Source of the DNA: Chara braunii
Lineage: Eukaryota; Plantae; Charophyceae
Length of the DNA stretch: 47,785 bases
Assembly: GCA_003427395.1 (NCBI GenBank)
Contig: BFEA01000002.1
Location: 3,012,899 to 3,060,683 of the forward strand
Direction: 5' to 3'
Numbering within the stretch: position 1 is the first letter of the stretch; each line of letters begins with the position of its first letter. The notes below the pieces were generated by a model. The model worked only from the letters and a program-made list of their open reading frames with translations, was not told the origin of the DNA and ran no database searches. This document shows positions 23,093 to 34,299 of this stretch, piece by piece. The position numbers and the translations under genes were made by a program.

Positions 23093-23740
23093 TTTTTTTT
23101 TTTGTTTTTTTTTTTTTTTTGAAAAACCAACCCCTTCCAGTGTTAGTGGTGCTGATAAGAGCAGATGCCACTAACACCTAGGGGGGGCTCCATCTATTGG
23201 TGGGGAGCGTCACCTGCTGGAAAGCGGGTCCAGCGTCCCTTTTACAGTCTGGAATTGAATACATCAAGCAGACAATTGTGGGGTATCGCTGCCAGCATTG
23301 ATTACCCTGGAATCAGGGGATTGACTGAGCAGGATGTGAGAGGGTGAGAAAGGGGAACCTCTTCACCCTGAAACAGGCGCCCAATGTTTCACTGTCCACT
23401 AGTTCCTCCCTTTCCTACCCCTAACCTGCTCCCTTCATCTCTCTTTTGGCCCTTCCAGGACCGGGACCAGTGACTGCAGGTAGTGAAGAGAAGAAAGGAA
23501 GTATAGTATTAGCGGAGTCCTCCCCAGGGGGCACTAGGGAGGAACTCTGTTTAGTTGTGTAGTTGTACATGTATATGTACTTCTTATGTGTATATGTAAT
23601 CAGGAACCTGCAAAGGATCATTAGGACAGGATTTCTGCCAGGGAAAGGTTGTGGGGAGGGAATGGGTCTGGGAAATCCGATGGGGGACGTAGGGGGAATG
23701 AGGGTTCTATGATTGTCCAGTCTTTGAAGGCAAGAATACA
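23093..23740 (-). mobile_element. 5'-truncated LINE (ORF2 extreme C-terminus, 3' UTR, poly-A)
   Basis: [37 protein letters not shown] matches ORF2 LVFHDWTNV..QDFADPFxPHPLSLAEIL; motif at 23138-23239; poly-T at 23093-23120. Confidence 0.9.
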
Positions 23741-23746
23741 GCAACC

Positions 23747-24348
23747 ATGTTGATTCCAAAGAAGAACCGCACGGAGGTGTACAAGTACCTCTTCAAAGAG
23801 GGGGTACTTTATGCCAAGAAAGACTTTAATGCGCCGAAGCACCCGGAAATCGATGTCCCAAATCTGCAGGTCATTGAGCTGACGGAAATCGATGTCCCAA
23901 ATCTGCAGGTCATTAAGCTGATGCAGAGCTTCAAGTCGAAGGACTACGTGAAGGAGACCTTTGCATGGCGCCACTATTACTGGTACTTGACAAACGATGG
24001 AATCGAGTTCCTTCGGACGTACTTGAATCTGCCATCAGAGATTGTTCCTGCTACATTGAAGAAGTCTGCAAGGCCGCCGACACGTCCTCGCGGCGGTCCC
24101 GGTGGAGACCGCCCTCCAAGAGGCCCTCCCAAGAGGCCCTCCCAGACTTGGCGGAGGAGATCGCCCGTCCTTCGGAGATAGAGAGGGGTACCGTGCATCT
24201 GGTCCCCCCAGGGGTCCTGGTGGTTTCGGCGACAAGGGTGGTGCTCCAGGAGAGTACAGGCCTGATTTGCCATGGTGGTGGTGGTGGTGGTGGGTTTGGT
24301 GGTGGCGCTCCTCCCGCTCCTGGGGCTCCCCCTGCGGGCGAGTTTTAA
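23747..24348 (+). pseudogene. RPS10: 40S ribosomal protein S10 (eS10) processed pseudogene
   Basis: [43 protein letters not shown]...[40 protein letters not shown], with the plant-type tail [15 protein letters not shown] reached after frameshifts. No introns; 39-nt internal duplication. Confidence 0.95.
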
Positions 24349-24445
24349 ATTGGCGTTTTTTGTTTCGTTCCTGGCATGGATTTTTGCGGCGGTAAAATGA
24401 TGAAGTATAGTTGCTGTCCATAACCGGTACCGATCAACGCAGTCG

Positions 24446-24447
<2 letters not shown>

Positions 24448-24511
<64 letters not shown>
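24448..24511 (+). repeat. (GA)n microsatellite at the 3' end of the RPS10 retrocopy
   Basis: Direct inspection. Confidence 0.95.
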
Positions 24512-24516
<5 letters not shown>

Positions 24517-24671
24517 GGGCTGTGTCACCAGTCAACGTCACTTGGGCCTGTTCTTAATTGAATTCGTAAAATTGAGTTTCTTAAAGGGCTTTGTCCCTCG
24601 TTTCATCTCAAAACAACAACAACAACAACAACAACTGGTGTTGTGCCATGTCATGGAACATATCTTTCTTT

Positions 24672-25121
24672 CACTACCTACCTACCAGTACTCCTAAGGC
24701 TATGCAGGGGACGCCTGCAAGCATAGCTTTCTACCTATCTTCGGTGAAGGGAGGTTACCTCTGTCGGTGGAGAGGTTTGCCCCTTTGCCCTAGCATTTAG
24801 GGTGCGGGGTTGGGGCTACCGGTGGGGCCCCAGCTAACAGAAGGACCAAGCATTTGCAAGTAACTGTGCCTCCCTTTTCATCTTCCCCAACCCCCATAGA
24901 GTAACAGTAGTGTCTAAAGCCAACACTCTCCCACACACCACACGCAACCCACTCACACGCGCACTCACACCCGCGTTGGCTGAAGACCTTACTGATACCG
25001 ACTGGGAGGATCCAGCTGACTATCTCAGTTGGTTGGCACCAAGAGTGCCACAGGTGGCCATGGGGATGGAATCCACGACCTCCTGAACGACACTTGCGTG
25101 CCTAACCAATTGAGCTAGGCC
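24672..25121 (-). mobile_element. tRNA-headed SINE-like element with hairpin-rich 3' part and (GGTA)n-type tail
   Basis: A box TAGCTCAATTGG and B-box-like GGATTCCATCCC on the minus strand; tail gtactggtaggtaggtagtg is shared with 40455-40477. Confidence 0.6.
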
Positions 25122-25389
25122 TCTCATTGACAACCATGTCAGGGGTAATTGGACTCCCAATGGTCCAATGGATCAAACAGTTGCTGAGGGTGTATGTCAG
25201 CAAGTCAAACAGCTAGGTGAAGGTTGGACTAGAATGCTCACAGGAGATCTGGCACATCTCTAACCTGGCTGTGGTATAGCAGGTGGGTGTAAGAGGGCCA
25301 CCTTCTTCTTGTGGGGGTGGCTATTGCTGTCATGCCCCTGGATGGGGTGTTTTGTGCCAATCAACCTCAAACCACCTAGCAAAGATGCA

Positions 25390-25448
25390 TCATACCCTTC
25401 ATACCCTTCATACCCTTCATACCCTTCATACCCTTCACACCCTTCACA
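25390..25448 (+). repeat. 9-bp tandem repeat (atacccttc) x~6
   Basis: Direct inspection. Confidence 0.9.
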
Positions 25449-26356
25449 TAAAAGCATGGGGCCTCCAGTGCCGTCTCGGNGGGGGGGGGGGGGGGGAGTT
25501 GATTGGGAAAGTGCGACTGAGCACATATGAAAAATTTTGGATGGACAAGAATAGTATCTGAGATTTGAATATAACACACCATATTTTGGTAACTGAGTGA
25601 GATCTGCCCTTCTGTCTGTATCCCTTCTCTTCCCATTTCTTTTTGTGCATCTTTGGATGATTAGGTTACAACTTACAAGTTACAAGTATACATTATGATA
25701 TTACTATGAATTACTATTAATTTATGATTATATTTTTATCCACACATGACACAGGTATGTACCAACTGTGACTGGGTGAAAGCACAGTCTGTTCAAAACA
25801 ACCCAGGGAAGAAAAAAGGTGTGGCCTCACAAGGCGAAGGGATGGTAGATCAAGGTCATGAGCATTTCACAGTTAAGTGCAGCAGCTCTCATATGATATC
25901 CACACCCAAACAGACAATTCAGGACTGAATTCATAAAGGTAAGTTAAACCACCAGTACGTTTCCCAGCCATTTTTTCAGAGTCGCAGCGTGCATGTTGCC
26001 ACGACTCTCAGGAAGTACCGGGGTGCTGTTTTGCTGGACATCCATCCATTGTTTAACATTGTTTAACAACTCATCTTCCAAATGGTGGGGGTAGGGGAAA
26101 GGGAGGTGGTTTGTTTGCCTACATGCATCGGGGTTCATTCATTGGTGATAGCACCTGGCTCCATGATTGAAGGGAGATAGCAGCCACGGAACTCGGGTTT
26201 ACTACCGCCTAATCAAGGCTGTCATGTAGGTGACCAACTTAGGCTACTGAGTAGTTGTGTAACCCCACTTGCTAAATTTCCTACTTCGAGGGTGGGCCAT
26301 GCAGCTACCAGTCGCCATATTCAGATGTCTGTATAAACAAGTAAACACGTTGTTCA

Positions 26357-26472
26357 GGGACGCTGGACCTGGTTTCCAGCAGGCGCTGCTCCCCACCAAT
26401 AGATAGAGCCTTCCCAAGAGTGATAGTGGTGCCTGCTCCTATCAGCACCCCTATCACCACCTCGGGCTGTTC

Positions 26473-26505
<33 letters not shown>
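26357..26505 (+). mobile_element. LINE 3' structured tail with poly-A
   Basis: gggacgctggacctggtttccagcagg...gctccccaccaatagat, then the terminal hairpin with loop tgctcctatca, then A29. Confidence 0.85.
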
Positions 26506-26506
<1 letters not shown>

Positions 26507-26588
26507 GGACCTCGCATGCAACCCATTTTACCTGGATGGATGTGCCACGAAATGGCACCCTGGTACTTCCCGAGAGTGGAGAATATTG

Positions 26589-27620
26589 TTCCAATCTATT
26601 TGTAAGGAGCAGCACATGCTGGGAATCGGGCCCAGTGTCAAACTCATCAAACGAGTAGAGTACAAAACAGTACCGGGGCGATTGCCTGGCTTCGGCTAGG
26701 GATAACATGAACATTCATGAACGATTACTGAACCATTACCGCAATTCAAAATTCATTCCGCTGACGCTACTCCTCTACTCCCAGCCTGCCTCTTCAGCCC
26801 CGTTGGGGGCCGCCTGATGTTCTTCTCTTCTCTTTGAAAAGGCAACTGTCTTGAGATATCATCATTATACTGACTTCAAGTTGGCCACCTGATGCTCTAA
26901 CTAAAACAAGCAGTCTCCTCCTTTCCTTTCCTTCCCCCCACAGCACCATTCTTTCACAGCCTTAGTTCCCCCCCGTACCATTGCTGCTCTACCAGTGAGA
27001 AAGGGGGTGAGGGGAGTGGTCGCAGAAATCTGACGAGCGATGCATCTGAACGGATCCATCCATCTACCGTCTTTGCCCGAATAGAACGCCCGGTCATTAT
27101 CGCTGCATCTGGACTGAAAGTTGGGACAAATGCAGCGATAATGACTGGGCGTTCTATTCGGGTGAAGACCATAGTCCCCTCGCGGAAGGAGAGCTCTAAT
27201 CTCTGATTAGTGTGGCCTTGTCCTCCCTGATCCCCCCCCAGCTTGTTGTTGCAGAGTTTTTTAATCTGTGTTTTAATGTCAGTCAGCTTTTGTGTATAAG
27301 AAGGACTTTTTTGCTTTTGTTAATTCCTGTTAAGCTCGTAATTCAGTCTGAACATGTTGTTTAACTGGCTCAGTATAGCCTGCACAAACCAAGCATACGC
27401 CCTCCATTTCAAAGGTACAGCGTCTCCACGTGAGGGCCCAGAGCACCGCCTTCCTCCCGATGTCAAACATATTGTTTGCAAAGGGGATGATTTTCTCAGG
27501 TTCGTCTGGCTGCCAGGCACCACACGGAATTGCCTTCCAGTCCCATGGCCATTGCTGCTCCGTGCGAAGGTGTCTCCGATGCCGTCCCACCATCTCCACC
27601 AGGTCCAGACCTACCCAGGC
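26589..27620 (-). mobile_element. Degraded 5'-truncated LINE (ORF2 C-terminus + 3' UTR)
   Basis: QWPWDWKAI...NNMFDIGRKAVLWALTWRRC matches ORF2 WPWDWRAI...NMFNLGRRSVLWTIWWKRC; motif at 26589-26639. Confidence 0.75.
27067..27171. mobile_element. 105-bp palindromic MITE with TA flanks (Tc1/mariner-pogo type) inside the LINE fragment
   Basis: ta|ccgtctttgcccgaatagaacgcccggtcattatcgctgcat ... atgcagcgataatgactgggcgttctattcgggtgaagacca|ta. Confidence 0.7.
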
Positions 27621-27858
27621 CACTGCATGAAAATGTTCTTCAGGAGGAGAACCTCCCACAGCAAAGCTTGCACCAAGGAAGTCCCCTGCAAGACAGGTAG
27701 GAGTTGCACCTGCTGGAAACCGGGTCCAGCATCCCCTGAAATACAATGTTGAGATGATAAAACAGCACGTGCTGGGAACCGGGCCCAGCATCCCTCATGA
27801 TGTCACGGATGCTACTGATAGTAAGAGTCTGTAAGACGATGATACTGATGATAATAAG

Positions 27859-28063
<205 letters not shown>

Positions 28064-28285
28064 TTAATCTAAGATAATCTACACAAAATTATGAACTACT
28101 AGTGTGGGTCCTTTTTTAAGAATGTGCACCCAGTCCACGGGATCGAGGAATTGAGAGTGTCCAGTGTGTCGCCCGGTCTGTGACAATCTCAGTTTTTGTC
28201 TGAGCTGTTCGTATGTCACCCTGGTGGTTTAAGAAACGCCATTGCAGTCTCCTTTTTTTCGTTTTTATTTTGTTGGGGGGGGGAA

Positions 28286-28478
28286 GGGAAACTACACGGG
28301 AGTCACAAAAATGAGTTGTAATTGCACTATGGGCCAATATACAGTTTCGAATTGCAGTTTGGGCAATGTATACAACCTGGCTTTCTGGCCAGGTGGGGTG
28401 CCCGAAGTGCAACTGCAAACTGTATCTTGTCCCATAGTGCAATTATATCTCATTTTTGTGACTCTACTGAAGTTACCC
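28286..28478. mobile_element. Second copy of the Mutator-like palindromic MITE
   Basis: Same length and termini as 19203-19395; shared centre gggcaatgtatacaa...ggtgccc. Confidence 0.8.
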
Positions 28479-29486
28479 CCTTTTTTTTTTAGTGTTTTCT
28501 CACTCCATCTATTGGTGGGGGCTGCACCTGCTGGAAAACGGGTCCAGCGTCCCTCACATATGACAGAACTTTGAAAAACCAGATAATGAAAAGAGCAAGA
28601 ATGACTGAACCAGCACCTCTTCACCCTTTCTTGGGCGCCAGATCCTACTGTATCTTCTAGCACTAATTCTCTTAAAGAAAAAGGGAAGAAACACCCAGGC
28701 CTCACGCTCCTGCCACAAACAGGTCACAGGGCTACGCCCCAGCACCGGCCAGCGTTGTTCTGGCATCGGCAAACCCAGAGCACAGAGCACACCAGCTTTG
28801 CCGGCGTCAGCCAGGATTCTACCATCTCTAAAATCATGTATCCTATATCAGAACGAAACCAGATGTGACCTAGGATTGCAAAAAAGATAAGGTAAGCTTG
28901 ATATAGCATGATCATTGATATACTACTCGTGATTCGGATCTTTAAAGACAGCCGTCTGTCTCCCAGACACAAACGTAGTAGGTTACACAGAAAGATTGGA
29001 ACAATCTACCCGGGGGTTCTGCCTCTTCATCCAATTGACAGAAGCCAGATTCTTTGCAGAAGCTAGCAGCCCCTGCCTCCCTTCCCTACCTTATGACCTG
29101 GCACGGATACTGGAAGGAGCCACTGGGGGGCACCAGTGGGTCCTCCTTCCGTGTCCTTGCCCACCCCAAAATTCTATCTATAATCAATGAATATTATCTA
29201 TCTATCTATTATATCCACAATTCTCCTAACTATGTGCTATCCTCGTACTATCCTCATGCGAAATATGCAAAAAATCTGGGTAAAGAATTGAGAGGGGCGT
29301 GTCGCAGAGTGATAATACGAAAAGGCGGAGACACAGAGTGCGCAGAGGAAGCAAGGACAGAGAGGTAGAAAAGAGAAGGACCAGTTCCTACTAAAAACAA
29401 AAATAGAAGAGACGCAGCCAACTCTGATGCTAATGATGATGATGGTAATTGATGAAGATGTAGACATCGGTGAGATTAGCTGTTGC

Positions 29487-29570
29487 CGCTGAACTGCCGC
29501 TCCTCTTGCCCCTGCCGCTGAACTGCCGCTCCTCGTGCCCCTGCCGCTGAGTTGCCGCTCCTCGTGCTCC
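29487..29570 (+). repeat. ~29-bp tandem repeat x3
   Basis: gctgaactgccgctcctc(t/g)tgcccctgcc repeated. Confidence 0.85.
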
Positions 29571-29957
29571 TGAAGAAAGCTCATCATCGCGCTTACTTGT
29601 CCCCCAGCAAACACTCATAATGTCAGACCTTCAACTAAGGAAGTGCTCTTATCACCTCCACAGCCTGCACCAATCCATGGCGGTTCCTCCTGACAATGCC
29701 TTGCCCCCCAGTTGCTTATTTGTCACGCCAGGTGAGCCTCCAACGTGATGATCGATAGACCCGGTCGTGAGCTGCTCGTTGATCATCGGCGGACTTCCAA
29801 ACCTCCTACTCCCTGCAAGAGTTGTTTCCCCTTCCAAGGCAGTATCAGAAACGTGAGGAAGATGAAAACCTCCTCTCATGAAGAATCTCCTATCAGAAGA
29901 ATACTCCCCCCCTCTCTCCGCGTGTAAGCCTGCTACACTGTCAGGATCAAGACGTGA

Positions 29958-30170
29958 ACCCAATTGTCTTCCTACTCCTCCAGGACCGCGCACTACAAGA
30001 GGAGTTGTACAATTCCCTCCTGAAGTATAATGTAGCATTCCTGCGTTATTAGCAATTTGATTAAATGCTAACAAAAGAAATCCCATATTCATTCCCTCTA
30101 TAATAGGTCTAACTCCTGGCATAGCAGCACCAATTGCTATTCCTGTAAAACTGTTTTCGGCAATTGGTGT
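29958..30170 (-). pseudogene. pdhB: Fragment of plastid-type pyruvate dehydrogenase E1 beta (odpB/pdhB); nuclear plastid DNA insertion
   Basis: [71 protein letters not shown] is the cyanobacterial/plastid PdhB signature. Codons are mostly A/T-ending; both ends are abrupt with no splice sites. Confidence 0.9.
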
Positions 30171-33100
30171 AAAGGCCTGCCCCGGGTGCCCCCTGGGGGT
30201 AGGAAGGGCCCGCTAAGATCATCAGGCTTATGGACATAGAAATAGAAAGAGTGTCTTCAAGAGGCGGGCAGTTATGACAAGTTTGAAAAGAGGGGGTGTT
30301 AGTGGTTGGGGGAGGGAGGACCAGTTTTTCGTAGCACTTTGTTACTCCCCCTTTCTTAGCTCCTTCTGTACATTTTGGTCAGGAAAAGGGTTTGACACTA
30401 GTAGCACCAGAGTAATCAACACTGGCAGGCGCTCTTTCCCTGCTCAGTCAATCCTCTGGTTCCCAGAGTAAGCAATGCGGTCAGACACTCTCCAGAGACT
30501 TTCCAAAAAAGCTTCTCAGTAGCAGGTATTTTGGTGTCCAGTTCTCAGCAACCTGCACAGTCAATCCTCTGGACGCCAGAGTAACCAATGCTGGCAGGTT
30601 TTTCTCAACCTTTTTTCTCGGTAAAAAAGAAGAAAAAGAAAAAGGTATTCTCAAATTAACATATTTTTCAAAAGACCTTTTGTTACTTTTGCGAGGCACA
30701 AGGCCTCGATAAGCCCTATTGGGCCCCTGTTTGCAACAGCGTCGCCCGCCCTAAGTGAAGGCAGGCTCGACAGACCCCAAGAGGCCTATTTTGGACTACT
30801 ACGCAACTGGGGAAATTCAGGCAGTTGAGCAGCGCCAGTCGGTTGAAAGCACCCAGGCCCAGGCTGCCTTTCATTGCATGTAACTGAGGCAAGGCCTGGG
30901 CCGGATACACAAAGTGGACCGAACAAAGGCTGAGGGCAGTTGGGTGCTGGTAACCGCCTCAGGCCCTGGGCCTGTTTCCTTCGGTCTGAGGCTCAGCCTC
31001 CCTGGGCCTACCGGAAGCTTCTGGGCCGGGGCCCAGTACCGCAGCACAGTACGCAGCAGCAGGCCACTTCGATCTAAGGAAGGGCCTGCCCATGCATTGG
31101 ACATTCAGGCACTGGCTGCTTTGTGTGCAAGCGCCGCCTGCCAGGGTCACACGCTCACGGGGGAGCTGGAAGGAGCAGGCAGCCATAGCCGAGCTGTGCT
31201 GCTGTATGCTGGATGGGGCGCATGGTGGTCCTTGGGTGCAAGTGGCATCTGTGAGTTGGGGAACGAGGTTGTGAGTGACACGAGAGACATACCTGGTGCT
31301 TGAAGCGTGCGGCATTGGCCGAGATCTGCTCGTACTTCGGGGAGCTGTTGACGTCATCAGCGGCATTGTAGTCTAGGCTAAATAGGATCTGCCATTCGTA
31401 GTCTGGGTGCCGAGCGCCAGATAGGATATCAACATTGGTTCTTTGTTGATGATGATGATGAGACTATTCCAGCACTGTCAATTACGAGCTTTTGGCGTGT
31501 TCTTATTTGGTGGAACTCATGATGCAATTCTGCTTTTGGTTCGAGGTTATGACTATCTGGTCTCATATGTATGATGCTGTTTGATTGTTGAAGTTCGCTA
31601 TTGCTCATCTTTCCTGCACTTTATAAGATCCTCCATAATGACCAATATCTTCACCTATTACAAAAACTTTAGGATCTCTTTTTATCTCTTCATGAATACC
31701 TTAGTTTAAAGCTTCATATAAATCAGAAAACCACTAAAACCGTCAAACCCTGCCCACCACCGTGTCTGTGATGATGATGATGCTCACACACACACATTCG
31801 CACTCACTCACACAGGCCTGCACTGGCGCATGCACTTGCTCGTGCGTGCACCCTCGCGCTCACGCGTACGCTGGCGCGCGTGCTCACACGCCGGCGCAAA
31901 CGCGCGTGATGGCACATGTCGGCACCCTCGCGCTGTCGGAGGGCGGGCCCTCAGCTGTGTACCGGATACCAGTCCATGAGCCCCTCTGTGTATCGGCTCC
32001 TTGCTCAGACTTCACAGCATACCAGCTCCTTGCCTACAGACCTCTGCTGCGTACCAGGTACAGCCTGATCACTGCCATGGTAGTATACTAGGCTCGTCCT
32101 GCGCGGGTCTTGTCCTTGGACTAGTCCGGCGGGCGCTCCAATGGCAAAAGGGGTGGGTGCTTCACTGGACTTTCCATTGGTCCACACTTGCTCGGCGCCC
32201 TGCTGTACAGCAGAGAACTACCAGCCTGTGGCCGTGGTAGCCACCGGGCTCGCCCAAGGACGTGGAGGTAGAGGGACCAGAGCAGTTTTTTCTACTGCGC
32301 GCTGAGCCCTCTCTAGTCGAGTTATGGGATGTGGGCAACAAGTTACGGTCACAACCAAAGTGAGAAGAGACTGAGGACAGAAAAAGAAAAGAAATAGAAA
32401 AGCTAGAAAAATTGTGGTGCCTCGTTTTCCTTCTCTTCTTTTTTTTGCTAATTATAGTGGAGAGCCTGGAGGAGCTGATAAGAAACCCAAGAAAAGTCGG
32501 CCGGTGGGAGCCTTTAGCTCATCGAGTTATGAGCGTCTTTGAAAAGAAGGGCCGAAGGATTTTCGAATTCCTCGTTCCTCCCTCGACGGTCATTTTGCGG
32601 GGGAACAAACGTTTTCGTTTCAAAATTCTGATTGTGAATGGGCGGCCTAGGCTGCCCGACCCTCGCGCTGCAGTTGCTAGCGAGGTGCTATTTGCATAGG
32701 ACCCCAAAATGGGAGCACCCGCGGCCGCATTGGTAGGAGAGTCATCACCCCCTGCGGAAGGTCATGAGTCCCCTACTTGCCATCGGACACGGGTACCCTT
32801 CAGGAGTTGTCCGATGGCGTGTTTTGACAGGAAGAGGGTGCCCGTCGGTATACCGTTATGGGACAGTGGCGCACCAGACCAGATTAGACCGAAGCAACAA
32901 AGATCGCAGGTCATAGAGTCGCGTCCGTACCCGCCTTGAGTTAAAATTCCGTTAAATTAAATTTTGTTGTTGGCAAATGAAGTATTATTATATTGTTGTT
33001 ATTTTAACTCGTCTTCTTGTTTAGTGCACGGGTGTCACAACACTCTCAGACTCTATAAAAGCAGTCCCCGATTGGCTATGGGTTAGTAGGTGAGTGTGAG

Positions 33101-33768
33101 CCTGTGATATGACCTTGCTCCCTCTCGAGTCAAGGTAGCGGTATAGTGTCATTCCCCGGACTTTTAGTGTCTGAGCCTAGCCAACGGGCTTCTCACGCGG
33201 GATGTGGGAGTGGAGGAGCAGAGTCAGTAGCGAGCTATTGGGAAGGTGGTGGCTATGGCCTACAGAAACGGGTTGCAAGGCTATAGTCCTGACTGTTGGA
33301 GACATATAGTGTGATGGTCCCCAATGTTTGGGGAGGGCCCCTGGATTACCACTATCCTGAACTACGACGGGGGAGACGAGGCCAAGTTCAAGATTCATGT
33401 AGAGGGAGCAAGAGAGGAGGAGATGAGGGCGAATCAGAAATTGCAGCCGACCGTGAGTGGGGCAAAAAATAGAGCGAAGCGAAGGTGCAGGTGGGACGGG
33501 GTCACGACAAAGGTCCAGATGACAATCGCGTACCATGAGGTCGAGACTTCTATCGGTACTACGGAGCGCGAGCAACAACACCTGGACCGCGATTCTGAGG
33601 GGGAGAGTGAGGTCAATGCGGCGGAGACCCGGTCTTGGCATGGGCTGGATCAGTGGCGAAGGGATCCCCCGCCGATAAAACTTGTGGAGAGCAGCCCAGA
33701 GCCCATTTCGCAACGGCAACGAGACCAAGGCCACTAGGCGGTTACAGGCAGACACTCGGTCACGATCG

Positions 33769-33772
<4 letters not shown>

Positions 33773-33856
<84 letters not shown>

Positions 33857-33857
33857 N

Positions 33858-33930
<73 letters not shown>
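33773..33930 (+). repeat. (GA)n microsatellite
   Basis: Direct inspection. Confidence 0.95.
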
Positions 33931-33934
<4 letters not shown>

Positions 33935-34299
33935 CGGACGTCGTCGGCCAGGGGATTCGCTCACGTCTTGCCCATGCCATAGTTGGAGTAGGCATCCCCA
34001 AGCGTGGGTTCACCGCCAGTGATACAGGCGTTCTCGTATGATTAGAGGGAAGGGGGAGGCCTTGCTCGCACAACTCGTCCATTCTATGCCTAATCAGCAT
34101 GACAACGTACTATCTACTGCTCACTCTAAGAGTAATGCGTGATCGGCGAGGGGAAGGAGCCGAAGAGAAGGGGCTATACATGATCAGGGCGGAGGAGCGA
34201 ATGTGCGAAAGGGGAATAATAATGCTCCGCTAATTCCTACCAAAGATTATCATCGGAGTGAAGAGGGTATGTTGTAACAAGATAACCGGTTGACGTCAA

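Noticed and set aside
25755-25938. Possible host exon (cag|...AAAG|gtaagt)
   Set aside because: All three frames contain stops and no product is recognisable.
29652-30122. 156-aa ORF as a novel PdhB fusion protein
   Set aside because: It starts at an internal Met of the fragment and reads through into unrelated sequence; there is no evidence of expression.
33177-34100. 307-aa ORF
   Set aside because: It is held open by the (GA)n/(TC)n tract and has no domain similarity that I can recognise.
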